From Alphaproteobacteria bacterium (GTDB lineage: Bacteria > Pseudomonadota > Alphaproteobacteria > JAAXGF01): 64,000 bases of DNA. Under the pieces are notes generated by a model. It was not told the origin of the DNA and made no database searches. It saw only the letters and a list, made by a program, of their open reading frames with translations. The stretch lies in assembly GCA_963555825.3 (NCBI GenBank), contig CAUVXB020000002.1:768001-832000 (forward strand). Direction: 5' to 3'. Positions 1-8,090 of this stretch are shown here, piece after piece; position 1 is the first letter of the stretch, and every line of letters begins with the position of its first letter. Both the position numbers and the translations under genes were made by a program.

Positions 1-554
1 GATCTCGACCCGCTTGGTCTTGGGCAGACCGGCTAGGTGGGCAGCGAGCGTGCGGGGGAAGTTTTTTTGAACGCCTCGATCACCCGCTGGTCCTGCTTGG
101 GGTGCTGCGGCCGGGCGCTGATGTGGGAGAAGGACAGCGCGACGAGAAGGTCGGAGATCGCCCGCTCGCTATAGATCACGCCAAAGCGTTCTTCGATCAC
201 CCGTTTCAGGTCAACCCGCCGCCAGCGAACCACACCGTCAATCTCTGGATCGGGGCCCGTTTCGACGATCACCGACAGTTCGCCCATCTGCTCGTCGGTC
301 AAGAGCCGGGGGCGGCCCGCACCGGGACGGTTCTTCAAGCCGTCTGCCCCTTCATCGTTGAAGCGGTGCGCCCAGTCTCTCAGCGTCTGGCGATCCATGC
401 CGCCGACCTTAGCGGCTTCCGCTCGGCTCATGCCGTCGTAAACCGCCGCCAAGGCCAAAAGCCGGCGAACTTGGCGGGGATCGCGACTGTGCTTGGCCAA
501 ACACCGGAGCTCAATGCTGTCGTAGTCGTCCCGAAGAGCAATGCATACTGACAT
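1..554 (-). CDS. IS630 transposase with probable -1 programmed frameshift (ORF A 33-554; the shifted frame runs off the window)
   Basis: ATG at 554; motifs RLLALAAVYDG and DRQTLRDWAHRFN; TTC AAA AAA AC at 61-71; the shifted frame reads NFPRTLAAHLAGLPKTKRVEI and is open to the window edge. Confidence 0.85.
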
Positions 555-637
555 GGCGAATCTCCTTCGCCAGCCTTGAATCACATCCAGCCCAAAAAGG
601 GAAACCCTTGCGAGTCAGAATTTTGCGCCGTTGGTAT
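1..637 (-). mobile_element. IS630-family insertion sequence (partial, runs off the left window edge)
   Basis: HTH-type transposase N-terminus with an A7 slippery run; putative end ATACCAACGGCGCAAAATTCTGACTC (minus strand) next to a TA at 638-639, the IS630 target dinucleotide. Confidence 0.8.
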
Positions 638-670
638 TACCTATCCTTGGCTTCTCCTTGGCTTCGTTTT

Positions 671-2281
671 TTATGGTGCGATTGCCGCGCAGCGTCGGAT
701 ATTGAGGCCGAGGGCACGCAGATTGACCACGTAGCGCATGGCCGGCATGCCGCGAATGCGTAGGTGAGCCAGGTTCATCTGGTACTTTAATCGCGACATG
801 GTCGCTTCTATGCCGGCCCGCCATCTGTAGACGTCGCGGAAGGCATCGCTTTGTTCATAAAGCCGGCGCTTTTGGTTGGCAGCCCTGGCCGGGGTATATT
901 GAAAGCGGGAAAATTGGCCGTCACGCTTGGCCGCCTGCACGGGACATCGCAGTATATCGGGACATTTTTGGCAGATGGAAAGGTCGAAACGGGCCTGCAG
1001 CTTGGCTTTGGCGAGCGAGGCTGAAACCGGTTCGACGTTATTGGGACAGCGCAAGACCAAGCCTTCTTCGTTGAGAGTGAAATCCTCCAACGTCAACCGT
1101 CCCGAGACGGCGCCTTTCGGCGGTCGCGCGGGCGCCACGAGATTGATGTTCTGTTCGCGCGTCAGAGCCATGTTGTCACTGGAACCGTAATGTGAATCAC
1201 CCAGCATCACCGCCGGCGTCAGCGCGCGCTCGCTCAGATCATCCAGCGCATCGGCCAAGCGATGGCCGTCATGCACCGTCATCTTGTGGACCTCCACGTG
1301 GGTGATGAGGTCCGGTGTCGCGGCAACCGCCTCGTTACTGACATCTTCACAATAGGTTTCGACGATCTGCGCCATGTATCCTTGACCCTTGTGCGCGTTG
1401 TAGCTCGCGTCCGGGTCGGCCGGATTGCCGACGGTATCGCACGGCACATCCTTTGGATCTCGAATCGCGGCGCGCGTTGCGTCACGATCGCCATACTCAT
1501 CATCAACGATCTCGAACTGATCGCGCAGAACCCTCTCCAGGATCGCAAAACTGAAAAGCTTTGCCGCCGCCGTGTCACGGAATTGCAGCACCAGGGCTAG
1601 GAGATACTGACCCGCTTCGCCGAGGCGCCGTTTTGAAACACTCGGCGCCGTATTCGCGAACGCGCCATTACCCTCGCGATCGACATAGCGGCGGATCACC
1701 TCCTTGCTGATCTGCTCGTGCAGACCGGGATGATATCGCTCAAGCTCACGGGCAAACTTCGAGATGCTCTCAACAACGATACCAAGTCGTGTCAGCGCCC
1801 GCATTGCCGAACGAAGGGCCGTCGAATCCATGCGTTGGTGGCTGGTATCGACAGAGAACCCCTGCACCAGCCGATCCGTCAAACACCGGAACAGCAATTC
1901 ATCGAGACCTTGTTCGATAAACAGACGGCGATAGTTGCGCAGGGTTTTCTCACAGAAATAGCTGTCCGCTTCGCTGCGCACGTCCAAGGCATAGTGCCAC
2001 GCCATATTGAAGGCCAGGGCCTCGACGGTCTCTGCATCGCTCAGATCGTGCAGCTGCTGCAAAAGCAAGACCCCGATGACAACGTGTAGATCCTTCGATG
2101 GTCGGCCCATGCGTTCATCAAGGTGACGGCAAAGATCGTCAACCGGAAGTTCGACAAGCAGATGGTTCCGAAAAACCCCGGCCCAGGATTGCTCCATCAG
2201 GCGCCGACGTTTGTCCCCGAAATCGGACCAGCGATCAAACAATTCCCCAGTCCGTCGGTCGCGTAAAGTAAACATGCACAA
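671..2281 (-). CDS. IS1182/IS5-like DDE transposase
   Basis: GRPSKD..LLLQQLHDLSD, MDST, DPDASY, GDSHYG, Cys motifs (CP..CQKC..C), and YRWRAGIEATMSRLK; putative element end CTTGACGGGGCGGTAAAAAG near 2333. Confidence 0.8.
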   Translation of the reverse strand: MCMFTLRDRRTGELFDRWSDFGDKRRRLMEQSWAGVFRNHLLVELPVDDLCRHLDERMGRPSKDLHVVIGVLLLQQLHDLSDAETVEALAFNMAWHYALDVRSEADSYFCEKTLRNYRRLFIEQGLDELLFRCLTDRLVQGFSVDTSHQRMDSTALRSAMRALTRLGIVVESISKFARELERYHPGLHEQISKEVIRRYVDREGNGAFANTAPSVSKRRLGEAGQYLLALVLQFRDTAAAKLFSFAILERVLRDQFEIVDDEYGDRDATRAAIRDPKDVPCDTVGNPADPDASYNAHKGQGYMAQIVETYCEDVSNEAVAATPDLITHVEVHKMTVHDGHRLADALDDLSERALTPAVMLGDSHYGSSDNMALTREQNINLVAPARPPKGAVSGRLTLEDFTLNEEGLVLRCPNNVEPVSASLAKAKLQARFDLSICQKCPDILRCPVQAAKRDGQFSRFQYTPARAANQKRRLYEQSDAFRDVYRWRAGIEATMSRLKYQMNLAHLRIRGMPAMRYVVNLRALGLNIRRCAAIAP

Positions 2282-2333
2282 TTATAATCCAGCCGACTCT
2301 CATGAGGAATCGACTTTTTACCGCCCCGTCAAG

Positions 2334-3036
2334 ATTCGGTTATAGCTCCCAGGAACGCCCGATATGCCCCTACGATACATTCACACCCGAGCAGCGGATC
2401 GTATTCGTCACTGACTATCAGGAAGGCCCCTATCTGCTGGACCCGTTTTATCAGGTATATGCGGACCGGTTAGAGGCCGGCTTGTATCGGCTGCGCGAGA
2501 TCGCGCCGGACCGGTTCTATCACTCGGAGTATTTTCGATCATACTATCGCCGCACCGGACTGGCCGAAGAGATCGGCTTCCTGGTGTCCCCGCCCCACGA
2601 CATGATGCTGGTGATATCCCTGATGCGGGCCGGCACCAGCACGCCGTTCAGTGACCGAGACATGAACAAACTGCGTCGTATGGAACCGATCGTTCATGCC
2701 TCGGCGGCGCGACATTGGCGAAATCTGGGACATCCCCAGTCCCGCGAGACAGAGGCGGAAACGGCCCGACCACGGCTGAACCTTCAAGTCACCAGCGCTT
2801 TCGAGAATTTCGGCGACGGCGTTCTGACAAGCCGTGAACGCGAGGTGGTGCGCATGGTATTGCGCGGTCATTCATCCAATTCCATCGGACGCCAATTTCA
2901 AATCACCACCGGGACGGTCAAGATTCATCGCAAGAACATCTACGCGAAACTCGGGATTTCCTCCCAGTCCGAGCTATTTTCCCACTTCATCTCCTTCCTG
3001 TCGGGCATTGTGGAACCGGGCGAAGTTGGTCGGTAA
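2334..3036 (+). pseudogene. LuxR-family regulator, 5'-truncated by the upstream IS
   Basis: C-terminal LuxR HTH (LTSREREVV..GTVKIHRKNIYAKLGISSQSELF); the first codons of the listed ORF lie within the IS end, so the native N-terminus appears missing. Confidence 0.7.
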
Positions 3037-3107
3037 GAGCGCGTTCAAGGACGACATCCCACCGAGGGCACTGTCATGTAGTGAACCCAGCGAATTGGTG
3101 GTGCGGC

Positions 3108-3326
3108 AATTCCCTGATCGGTCAGAGAAATTCCTTGTTCCGCGCAAAAATTACCCGGTTCTAAGTTTTAGGGATTTCTCTTCTTAAGCTATTGGAGTTA
3201 TTGGGTGTTTGGAGGTTGGCGAAGCCGACTTCGGGCCGGTTTTATTGAGAAATTGCCTGTATTTTCCTCTGGTTAACGGGGAATCACGGCCAGAGACGGG
3301 TTCGCCGCAGGCTATCCTTTCCGCCA
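3108..3326 (+). other. Putative att-like boundary of a separate island: degenerate TTCCCTG repeats ending in a tRNA-3'-like GGGTTCG...TCCGCCA
   Basis: AT-richer non-coding stretch with TTCCCTG/TTCCTTG/TTGCCTG variants, ending GAGACGGGTTCGCCGCAGGCTATCCTTTCCGCCA. Confidence 0.35.
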
Positions 3327-3438
3327 ACATTTCAGGGGGTCAGCCTCGGTCATCGCGTTCGAGGACCGTTCCGTCCGTGCCGGGGTTCGTGCCGGCCCCG
3401 TGTCTCGCGCGGCGCTGCACGCCGGCGGCAACCGCGCG

Positions 3439-3687
3439 TTAACCCTCTGGCGGCAAGATCTCCTGGATACAAACGTCGTCGACCAGGTGTTCGCGTTTGA
3501 GGTCCGCCAGATGCGCCCGCTTATGCTCGTTCGGCAGATCGGCGCCGATGCCGGCCGTCATGGCAAGGACGAGCGAGCGGTCGCTCATGTCGAGCCAATA
3601 ACCGCGGCGCACCAGTTTGTCGTTCTCGTCTCTGGCAAACGGGTCGTCGGGATTGGCGCCGAGGTCGGGCTTGTAAAATTGGAGCAT
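3439..3687 (-). CDS. Hypothetical protein (82 aa)
   Basis: Protein-like composition with ATG start; GAGGA upstream on the minus strand. Confidence 0.7.
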   Translation of the reverse strand: MLQFYKPDLGANPDDPFARDENDKLVRRGYWLDMSDRSLVLAMTAGIGADLPNEHKRAHLADLKREHLVDDVCIQEILPPEG

Positions 3688-3749
3688 CGCTCGTTCGTCC
3701 TCGACGATTTACGCGGCGGCGCGGATGCGCCCAAACCGGGGCCTATTGG

Positions 3750-3800
3750 TGGTAGCGGAGGAGGGACTCGAACCCCGACACGCGGATTATGATTCCGCTG
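3750..3800 (-). repeat. att direct repeat: displaced 3' part of tRNA-Met
   Basis: Identical to 13633-13684 except one missing C (C4 versus C5). Confidence 0.95.
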
Positions 3801-3843
3801 TCGAAGCTTTGCATCTGCTTTCTAGCAATTGCCGGAAATTTCG

Positions 3844-3856
3844 TAATCTATTGATA
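3844..3856 (-). promoter_or_regulatory. Putative IHF site near the left att (similar site at 13616-13628)
   Basis: TATCAATAGATTA matches the WATCAANNNNTTR consensus; the right-hand site TTTCAATGACTTA has one mismatch. Confidence 0.5.
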
Positions 3857-3925
3857 AACCGTATGTAAAGTCGTTCTCCAGTTTGCGTTTGCTTTCCGGT
3901 CAATGCGCCAATATCCTGTCTCTGT

Positions 3926-3945
3926 GGTGACATCCTGGTGACACG
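3926..3945 (+). repeat. Putative integrase arm-type site (tandem GGTGACA), left copy
   Basis: GGTGACATCCTGGTGACACG is 19/20 identical to 13567-13586 and abuts the integrase RBS. Confidence 0.75.
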
Positions 3946-3956
3946 GAGGCAAAATC

Positions 3957-5150
3957 ATGCTCACCGAGCGCATCATACGGGACGCCAAATCCAAAGGCAA
4001 GGCGAGGACGATCTGGGACGGCGAGGTCAAGGGCCTCGGGCTCCAGATCACCCAGGGCGGCAAGAAGAACTACGTCATCCGCTACATGGTCTGCGGTCGG
4101 AAGCGCCAGGCGATCCTCGCCCGTGCCGGCGAGACATCACTACGGGACATCCGAAAGCGGGCCGGCGAGGAAATGGTGCGAATTCGTTCCGGCGAGACCG
4201 ACCCTCTGACGCGCCGGGACGCAGCGAGGCAGGCGCCGACCGTGGCGGAAGGGGTACAACGGTTCTTCGAGGAATATTGCCCGCGCCGGATTGCTAACGG
4301 ACGCTTGAGCGCGCGGACCGAAACGGACTACCGGAAACAGGCGAACCTCACGATCCTGCCGGCCCTCGGGAAGCGCAAGATCGCGGACGTAACGCGCGCG
4401 GACATCGAGCGGGCCGTCGCCCCGCGCGGACCAGTGCAGCGAAACCGGACGCTCGCCCTTATTTCTCGGATGTTCAATCTGTTCGAGGATTGGGAGTGGC
4501 GAGCGCAGAACACAAATCCGGCAAAGCGAATCGAGAAGGCACGCGAGGAACCGCGCGACCGCGTTCTAGAGCCTTCCGAGCTGGCCGCGTTGGCGAGGGC
4601 ACTGACTGGCATTGAAGACAAGTACCCTGCCCCTGTTGCCGCGATCCGCGTTGCCGCCGTCACCGGCTTGCGCATTGGCGAGGTTCGGACAATCCGCTGG
4701 GAGGACGTCAGTTTCGAGACCGGTCGCCTCACAATGCCGAAGACAAAGAGCGGGCGGCGGGTTCATGACCTGCCCGCGGCGGCGCTGGAAATCCTAGCCG
4801 CCCTACCCCGCATAAACGATTGGGCCTTCACGACGGGGCGGGATGCTCCGACTACCTATCGCTATTGCCACATCGTGTTTACGGAGGCCGCGCGCGCGGC
4901 GCGCTTAGAGGACGTGCGGTTACACGACCTCAGGCGCACCGTGATGACCAGTGCTGCGGCCGCGGGCGTCGGGACTCATGTGCTCCGGGACCTGTTGGGC
5001 CACAAGACGACGGCGATGGCCGATCGTTACGTCCGCGCCGTCGGGAACCCCGTCCGCGATGCTCGCGAACAAGTAGGCGCGGCCATGGCCGCCATGATGG
5101 AGGGCAAGGGCGGAGAGGTCATTTCCATGGAGCGACACCGTGGCAAGTAA
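3957..5150 (+). CDS. int: Tyrosine integrase with N-terminal arm-binding domain
   Basis: Catalytic motifs GLRIGE, KTK, HDLRR, LLGH and DRY; GGAGG RBS. Confidence 0.95.
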   Translation: MLTERIIRDAKSKGKARTIWDGEVKGLGLQITQGGKKNYVIRYMVCGRKRQAILARAGETSLRDIRKRAGEEMVRIRSGETDPLTRRDAARQAPTVAEGVQRFFEEYCPRRIANGRLSARTETDYRKQANLTILPALGKRKIADVTRADIERAVAPRGPVQRNRTLALISRMFNLFEDWEWRAQNTNPAKRIEKAREEPRDRVLEPSELAALARALTGIEDKYPAPVAAIRVAAVTGLRIGEVRTIRWEDVSFETGRLTMPKTKSGRRVHDLPAAALEILAALPRINDWAFTTGRDAPTTYRYCHIVFTEAARAARLEDVRLHDLRRTVMTSAAAAGVGTHVLRDLLGHKTTAMADRYVRAVGNPVRDAREQVGAAMAAMMEGKGGEVISMERHRGK

Positions 5151-5490
5151 GAAACCACCGCTTGGGAGCCCCGCCGACTTGGTGGAGATATTCCGTACCT
5201 TCCTGCACGAACGCCTCGAATGGGACCTCACCCTAGATCCGCGGCTGATGTTCCGGATTCTGGAGCTTGCCGAGTTGGGATTGGATCACCCGAAAGCTCT
5301 AGAGCGCACCAAACAAGCGCAGGACCGACGTCTAGAACAAAAGGTGCGGACCCTGGCAAAGCGATACAGGACTTCGGAAACCAAGGTTCGCAAGCGGTTG
5401 CGGCGCGTAAGCAAAAATGCTGGCTATCGCTCTGACGACGCGCTCCGCAAGCGCATAGATCGGATTCGGCGGCCCTGGTTATCAGAATAG
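5140..5490 (+). CDS. Hypothetical basic protein, possible DNA-binding regulator
   Basis: Overlaps the integrase stop; K/R-rich C-terminus; followed by GGACAGAAT/GGACTGAAT/ATTTGTCC repeats at 5494-5518. Confidence 0.6.
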   Translation: MASKKPPLGSPADLVEIFRTFLHERLEWDLTLDPRLMFRILELAELGLDHPKALERTKQAQDRRLEQKVRTLAKRYRTSETKVRKRLRRVSKNAGYRSDDALRKRIDRIRRPWLSE

Positions 5491-5578
5491 CCAGGACAGA
5501 ATCGGACTGAATTTGTCCGTTCTAAAGCGCGGATAAGTCGCGCAAGGTGACGGCTCCACAAACACAGGAGTTGCCACC

Positions 5579-5773
5579 GTGTTCGACCCCACCAAGCTCT
5601 ATTTTGCGAACGATCCGGCGCTGAAGGCGCTCGGACCCTACTCGACCCTCGCGCACTGGCGTTCGGAAGGGCGTGGCCCGGCCTATATCAAGATCGGCTC
5701 GCGCGTTGCCTATTCAGGCAAGGCGTTGAACGACTGGTTGGCCGCCCGCACCGTCGAACCACAAGCCGCATAG
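5579..5773 (+). CDS. AlpA/excisionase-like HTH protein
   Basis: STLAHWRSEGRGPAYIKIGSRVAY motif; AGGAG RBS before a GTG start. Confidence 0.9.
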   Translation: MFDPTKLYFANDPALKALGPYSTLAHWRSEGRGPAYIKIGSRVAYSGKALNDWLAARTVEPQAA

Positions 5774-5833
5774 AGAAACCCGCCGGGCGACGACTACCGG
5801 CGGGCTTCATGGTGTTCCAACAGCGACGACGTT

Positions 5834-5903
5834 GGGGGCGGGATGGTTCCGAGGACGCTCTCTAAAAGCACGCCTTGCGGGTTCAATTCCCGCCGCCTCC
5901 ACC
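5834..5903 (+). ncRNA. tRNA/tmRNA-like RNA: Ala-type acceptor stem, canonical T-arm, CUCUAAA loop
   Basis: GGGGGCG (5834-40) pairs with CGCCTCC (5894-5900) with a G3.U70 wobble, then A-C-C; T-arm GCGGG-TTCAATT-CCCGC; hairpin GCT-CTCTAAA-AGC. Confidence 0.65.
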
Positions 5904-5922
5904 CCAGCCGATGGTGGCTTGA

Positions 5923-7575
5923 ATGGGCGAAATACTTATAGCACCCAGCTTCGCGGACTGGCAAGGGAAAGCCGCCGCGCTGGAATTGAGGCGCCAAGGG
6001 CGCGAACTGGTTGGTTCCTGCCCTTCGTGTGGCGGCACAGATCGCTTCGCGGTCAAACCGGTCCAGGGCGGCGCGGCGCTGATCCATTGCCGTCAGTGCA
6101 AGGGCTTCGTCGACATCTTGAAGGCCGCCGGGCTCGCCGAGGATCGCCCGACGAACGGGGCGGCACCGACCCGCGAATTCGAGTATCGCGACCTGAGCGG
6201 CAAGCACTACCACAGCGCTTTTCGCCAAGGCGACGGGCCGGGCAAGAAATGTTGGCAGCGGCCCGGCTTCAAGGGGCGCCCGCTCCCCTATCGGATCGAA
6301 CACCATGCGGATTTCGGAGACCACCCCATCGTGATCGCCGAGGGCGAGCCCAAGGCCGACCGGCTCGCGCGTCTCGGATACGCCGCCGTGGCATGGTGTG
6401 GCGGCGCGGAGGCAGTACTGCGCACCCGCTGGGACGCGCTGGGCGGCTCCGACGTGATCCTGTGGCCGGATGCCGACAAGCCGGGCATGAAGGCCATGGA
6501 GCAGCTTTCCGGCGTGCTGGAGGGGCTCGGATGCGCCGTCCGATGGGTGGCCGTGCCGGACGGCAAGCCCAAGGGCTGGGACTGCATGGACGCATCCGAG
6601 GCGGACATTCACCGGCTGATCGAGGGCGCCGGAGATTTCGTCGTCTCCCTAGGGGCGGGACGAGACGACGAAACCTTTGTGCCGTCCATGCGCGAGTATC
6701 TCGACATGGACCTGACCCCCCCCGAATTCTTGGTTGAAGGGCTGTTCACGGCGGCGGGATTGAACGCGGTCGGCGCCAAGCCGGACGCCGGCAAGACCAC
6801 GTTCGAGCGCACGCTTGCGATGGCCGTGGCGCGGGGCGAGACGTTCCTGGGGCGCCGGACGAAGCAAGGGCCGGTTTTCCTGGGGCTGTTCGAGGAAGAC
6901 CCGTCTTTCACCCGGGATTTCCTCGTGAAGCTCGGCGCGACCGCGGACGACCCGATCTATCCGTTCATCCAGCCGGCGCCGGAAGACATGTTCGACAAGC
7001 TGGCCGCATGGATCGAAACCCACCGCCCCGCGCTGGTGATACTCGACACGATGGCGAAGGCCATGCCAGGTGTCGACCTGAACGACTATTCCGAGGTGAA
7101 TCGGGCAATCACGCCATACGCCACGCTTGCCCGCACCACGCGGACCTGCATCTTGTTCGCTCACCACAACCGGAAGGGCGAAGGTGGCGACACCGGGGAG
7201 GAATTGCTCGGCTCCACCGCGATTCGGGGCAACATCGACACCACCCTCATCATCCGCACGGAAGGCGACCGCCGCGTCGTGGAGACGACGCAACGCTATG
7301 GCGCCAACATGCCGGAGACCTATCTAGACATCGACGAGGCCACGGGCCGCGTCCAAGCCGCCGGAGAGAAGCGGGAAACCCGACGATCCGACATGCGCGA
7401 GAACATCCTCTACATCGTCGGGGAGGCGGGCGAGCCGATGAAGAAATCGGACATCGAGGACAAGGTGAAGGGGAGCGGCAAGGCGATCCGCGCCATGTGC
7501 GACCAGCTTGCCGAGGAAGGCGCGCTCACATCATGGAAACAGGGCAATGCGATCATGTATGCTCTACCGAATTGA
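5923..7575 (+). CDS. Primase-helicase (P4-type Zn finger, TOPRIM, RepA/AAA_25-like helicase)
   Basis: CPSCGGTDRF..CRQC; AEGE..AD and WPDADKPG; Walker A AKPDAGKT; LVILDT; HHNRK; LLGSTA. Confidence 0.9.
   Translation: MGEILIAPSFADWQGKAAALELRRQGRELVGSCPSCGGTDRFAVKPVQGGAALIHCRQCKGFVDILKAAGLAEDRPTNGAAPTREFEYRDLSGKHYHSAFRQGDGPGKKCWQRPGFKGRPLPYRIEHHADFGDHPIVIAEGEPKADRLARLGYAAVAWCGGAEAVLRTRWDALGGSDVILWPDADKPGMKAMEQLSGVLEGLGCAVRWVAVPDGKPKGWDCMDASEADIHRLIEGAGDFVVSLGAGRDDETFVPSMREYLDMDLTPPEFLVEGLFTAAGLNAVGAKPDAGKTTFERTLAMAVARGETFLGRRTKQGPVFLGLFEEDPSFTRDFLVKLGATADDPIYPFIQPAPEDMFDKLAAWIETHRPALVILDTMAKAMPGVDLNDYSEVNRAITPYATLARTTRTCILFAHHNRKGEGGDTGEELLGSTAIRGNIDTTLIIRTEGDRRVVETTQRYGANMPETYLDIDEATGRVQAAGEKRETRRSDMRENILYIVGEAGEPMKKSDIEDKVKGSGKAIRAMCDQLAEEGALTSWKQGNAIMYALPN
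6636..6673. repeat. 12-bp-arm palindrome, copy 1 (inside the primase-helicase linker)
   Basis: TTTCGTCGTCTC-N14-GAGACGACGAAA. Confidence 0.9.
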
Positions 7576-7612
7576 TTTCGTCGTCTCGTCTCCTCTTAGG
7601 GAGACGACGAAA
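7576..7612. repeat. 12-bp-arm palindrome, copy 2 (right after the primase stop); putative replication origin element
   Basis: TTTCGTCGTCTC-N13-GAGACGACGAAA, same arms as copy 1. Confidence 0.85.
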
Positions 7613-7676
7613 CGGCACCGGCAGGATGGCCCGCCCTGCCGTCACCTTTGGCAAGCTCACTCTGAAAGAGGAACAC

Positions 7677-7958
7677 ATGACGGATACCGGAGCATTTCAC
7701 TATTTTGACCCCCGCGACACGAACCCGCCGCCCGTGCCTATCAACCTGGACGTGGCCACAACCAGACGCCTCTACCAGATCGCTGAGTGGTACGCCCGCA
7801 TCCTCAAGGCGAACGGCCACGAGCCGCCAGCCGACCCGCTGCGCTGCTTGATCGACGCGGGGGAGTCGCTGATTGCTGCCGTCCAATCGCGTGACAAGCT
7901 GTTGCGCGAGCATGGCATCGACCCTGACAAGATAAGCACTTGGACGACACTGCATTGA
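7677..7958 (+). CDS. Hypothetical protein (93 aa)
   Basis: GAGGA RBS then ATG 7677; C-terminal part of listed ORF 7008-7958. Confidence 0.6.
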   Translation: MTDTGAFHYFDPRDTNPPPVPINLDVATTRRLYQIAEWYARILKANGHEPPADPLRCLIDAGESLIAAVQSRDKLLREHGIDPDKISTWTTLH

Positions 7959-8090
7959 GGAGCTCAAAGGTACTGTGACCGCCTCGATCCTGCGTGGTCT
8001 GGGGGGGTTATCGCATGTTCTCACGTTTTTTGTGTCGGCCTGAACTGCGGTATTGACATACCGTGCTATTAGACCAATTCTAAACTGGCA

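Noticed and set aside
3750-3800. Second tRNA-Met gene
   Set aside because: It lacks the 5' acceptor strand and D arm; it is the att duplicate
5779-5804. Hairpin CCCGCCGG-N10-CCGGCGGG as an intrinsic terminator
   Set aside because: No convincing U tract on the + strand; function unresolved
5834-5903. tRNA-Pyl (its anticodon loop is also CUCUAAA)
   Set aside because: The acceptor stem has alanine identity (G3.U70, A73), the T loop is canonical, and no pyl genes are in the window
8053-8086. Sigma70 promoter for the head operon (TTGACA ... TAAACT)
   Set aside because: Spacing is 22 bp; the TTAGA-N5-TCTAA palindrome is suggestive but not enough to call
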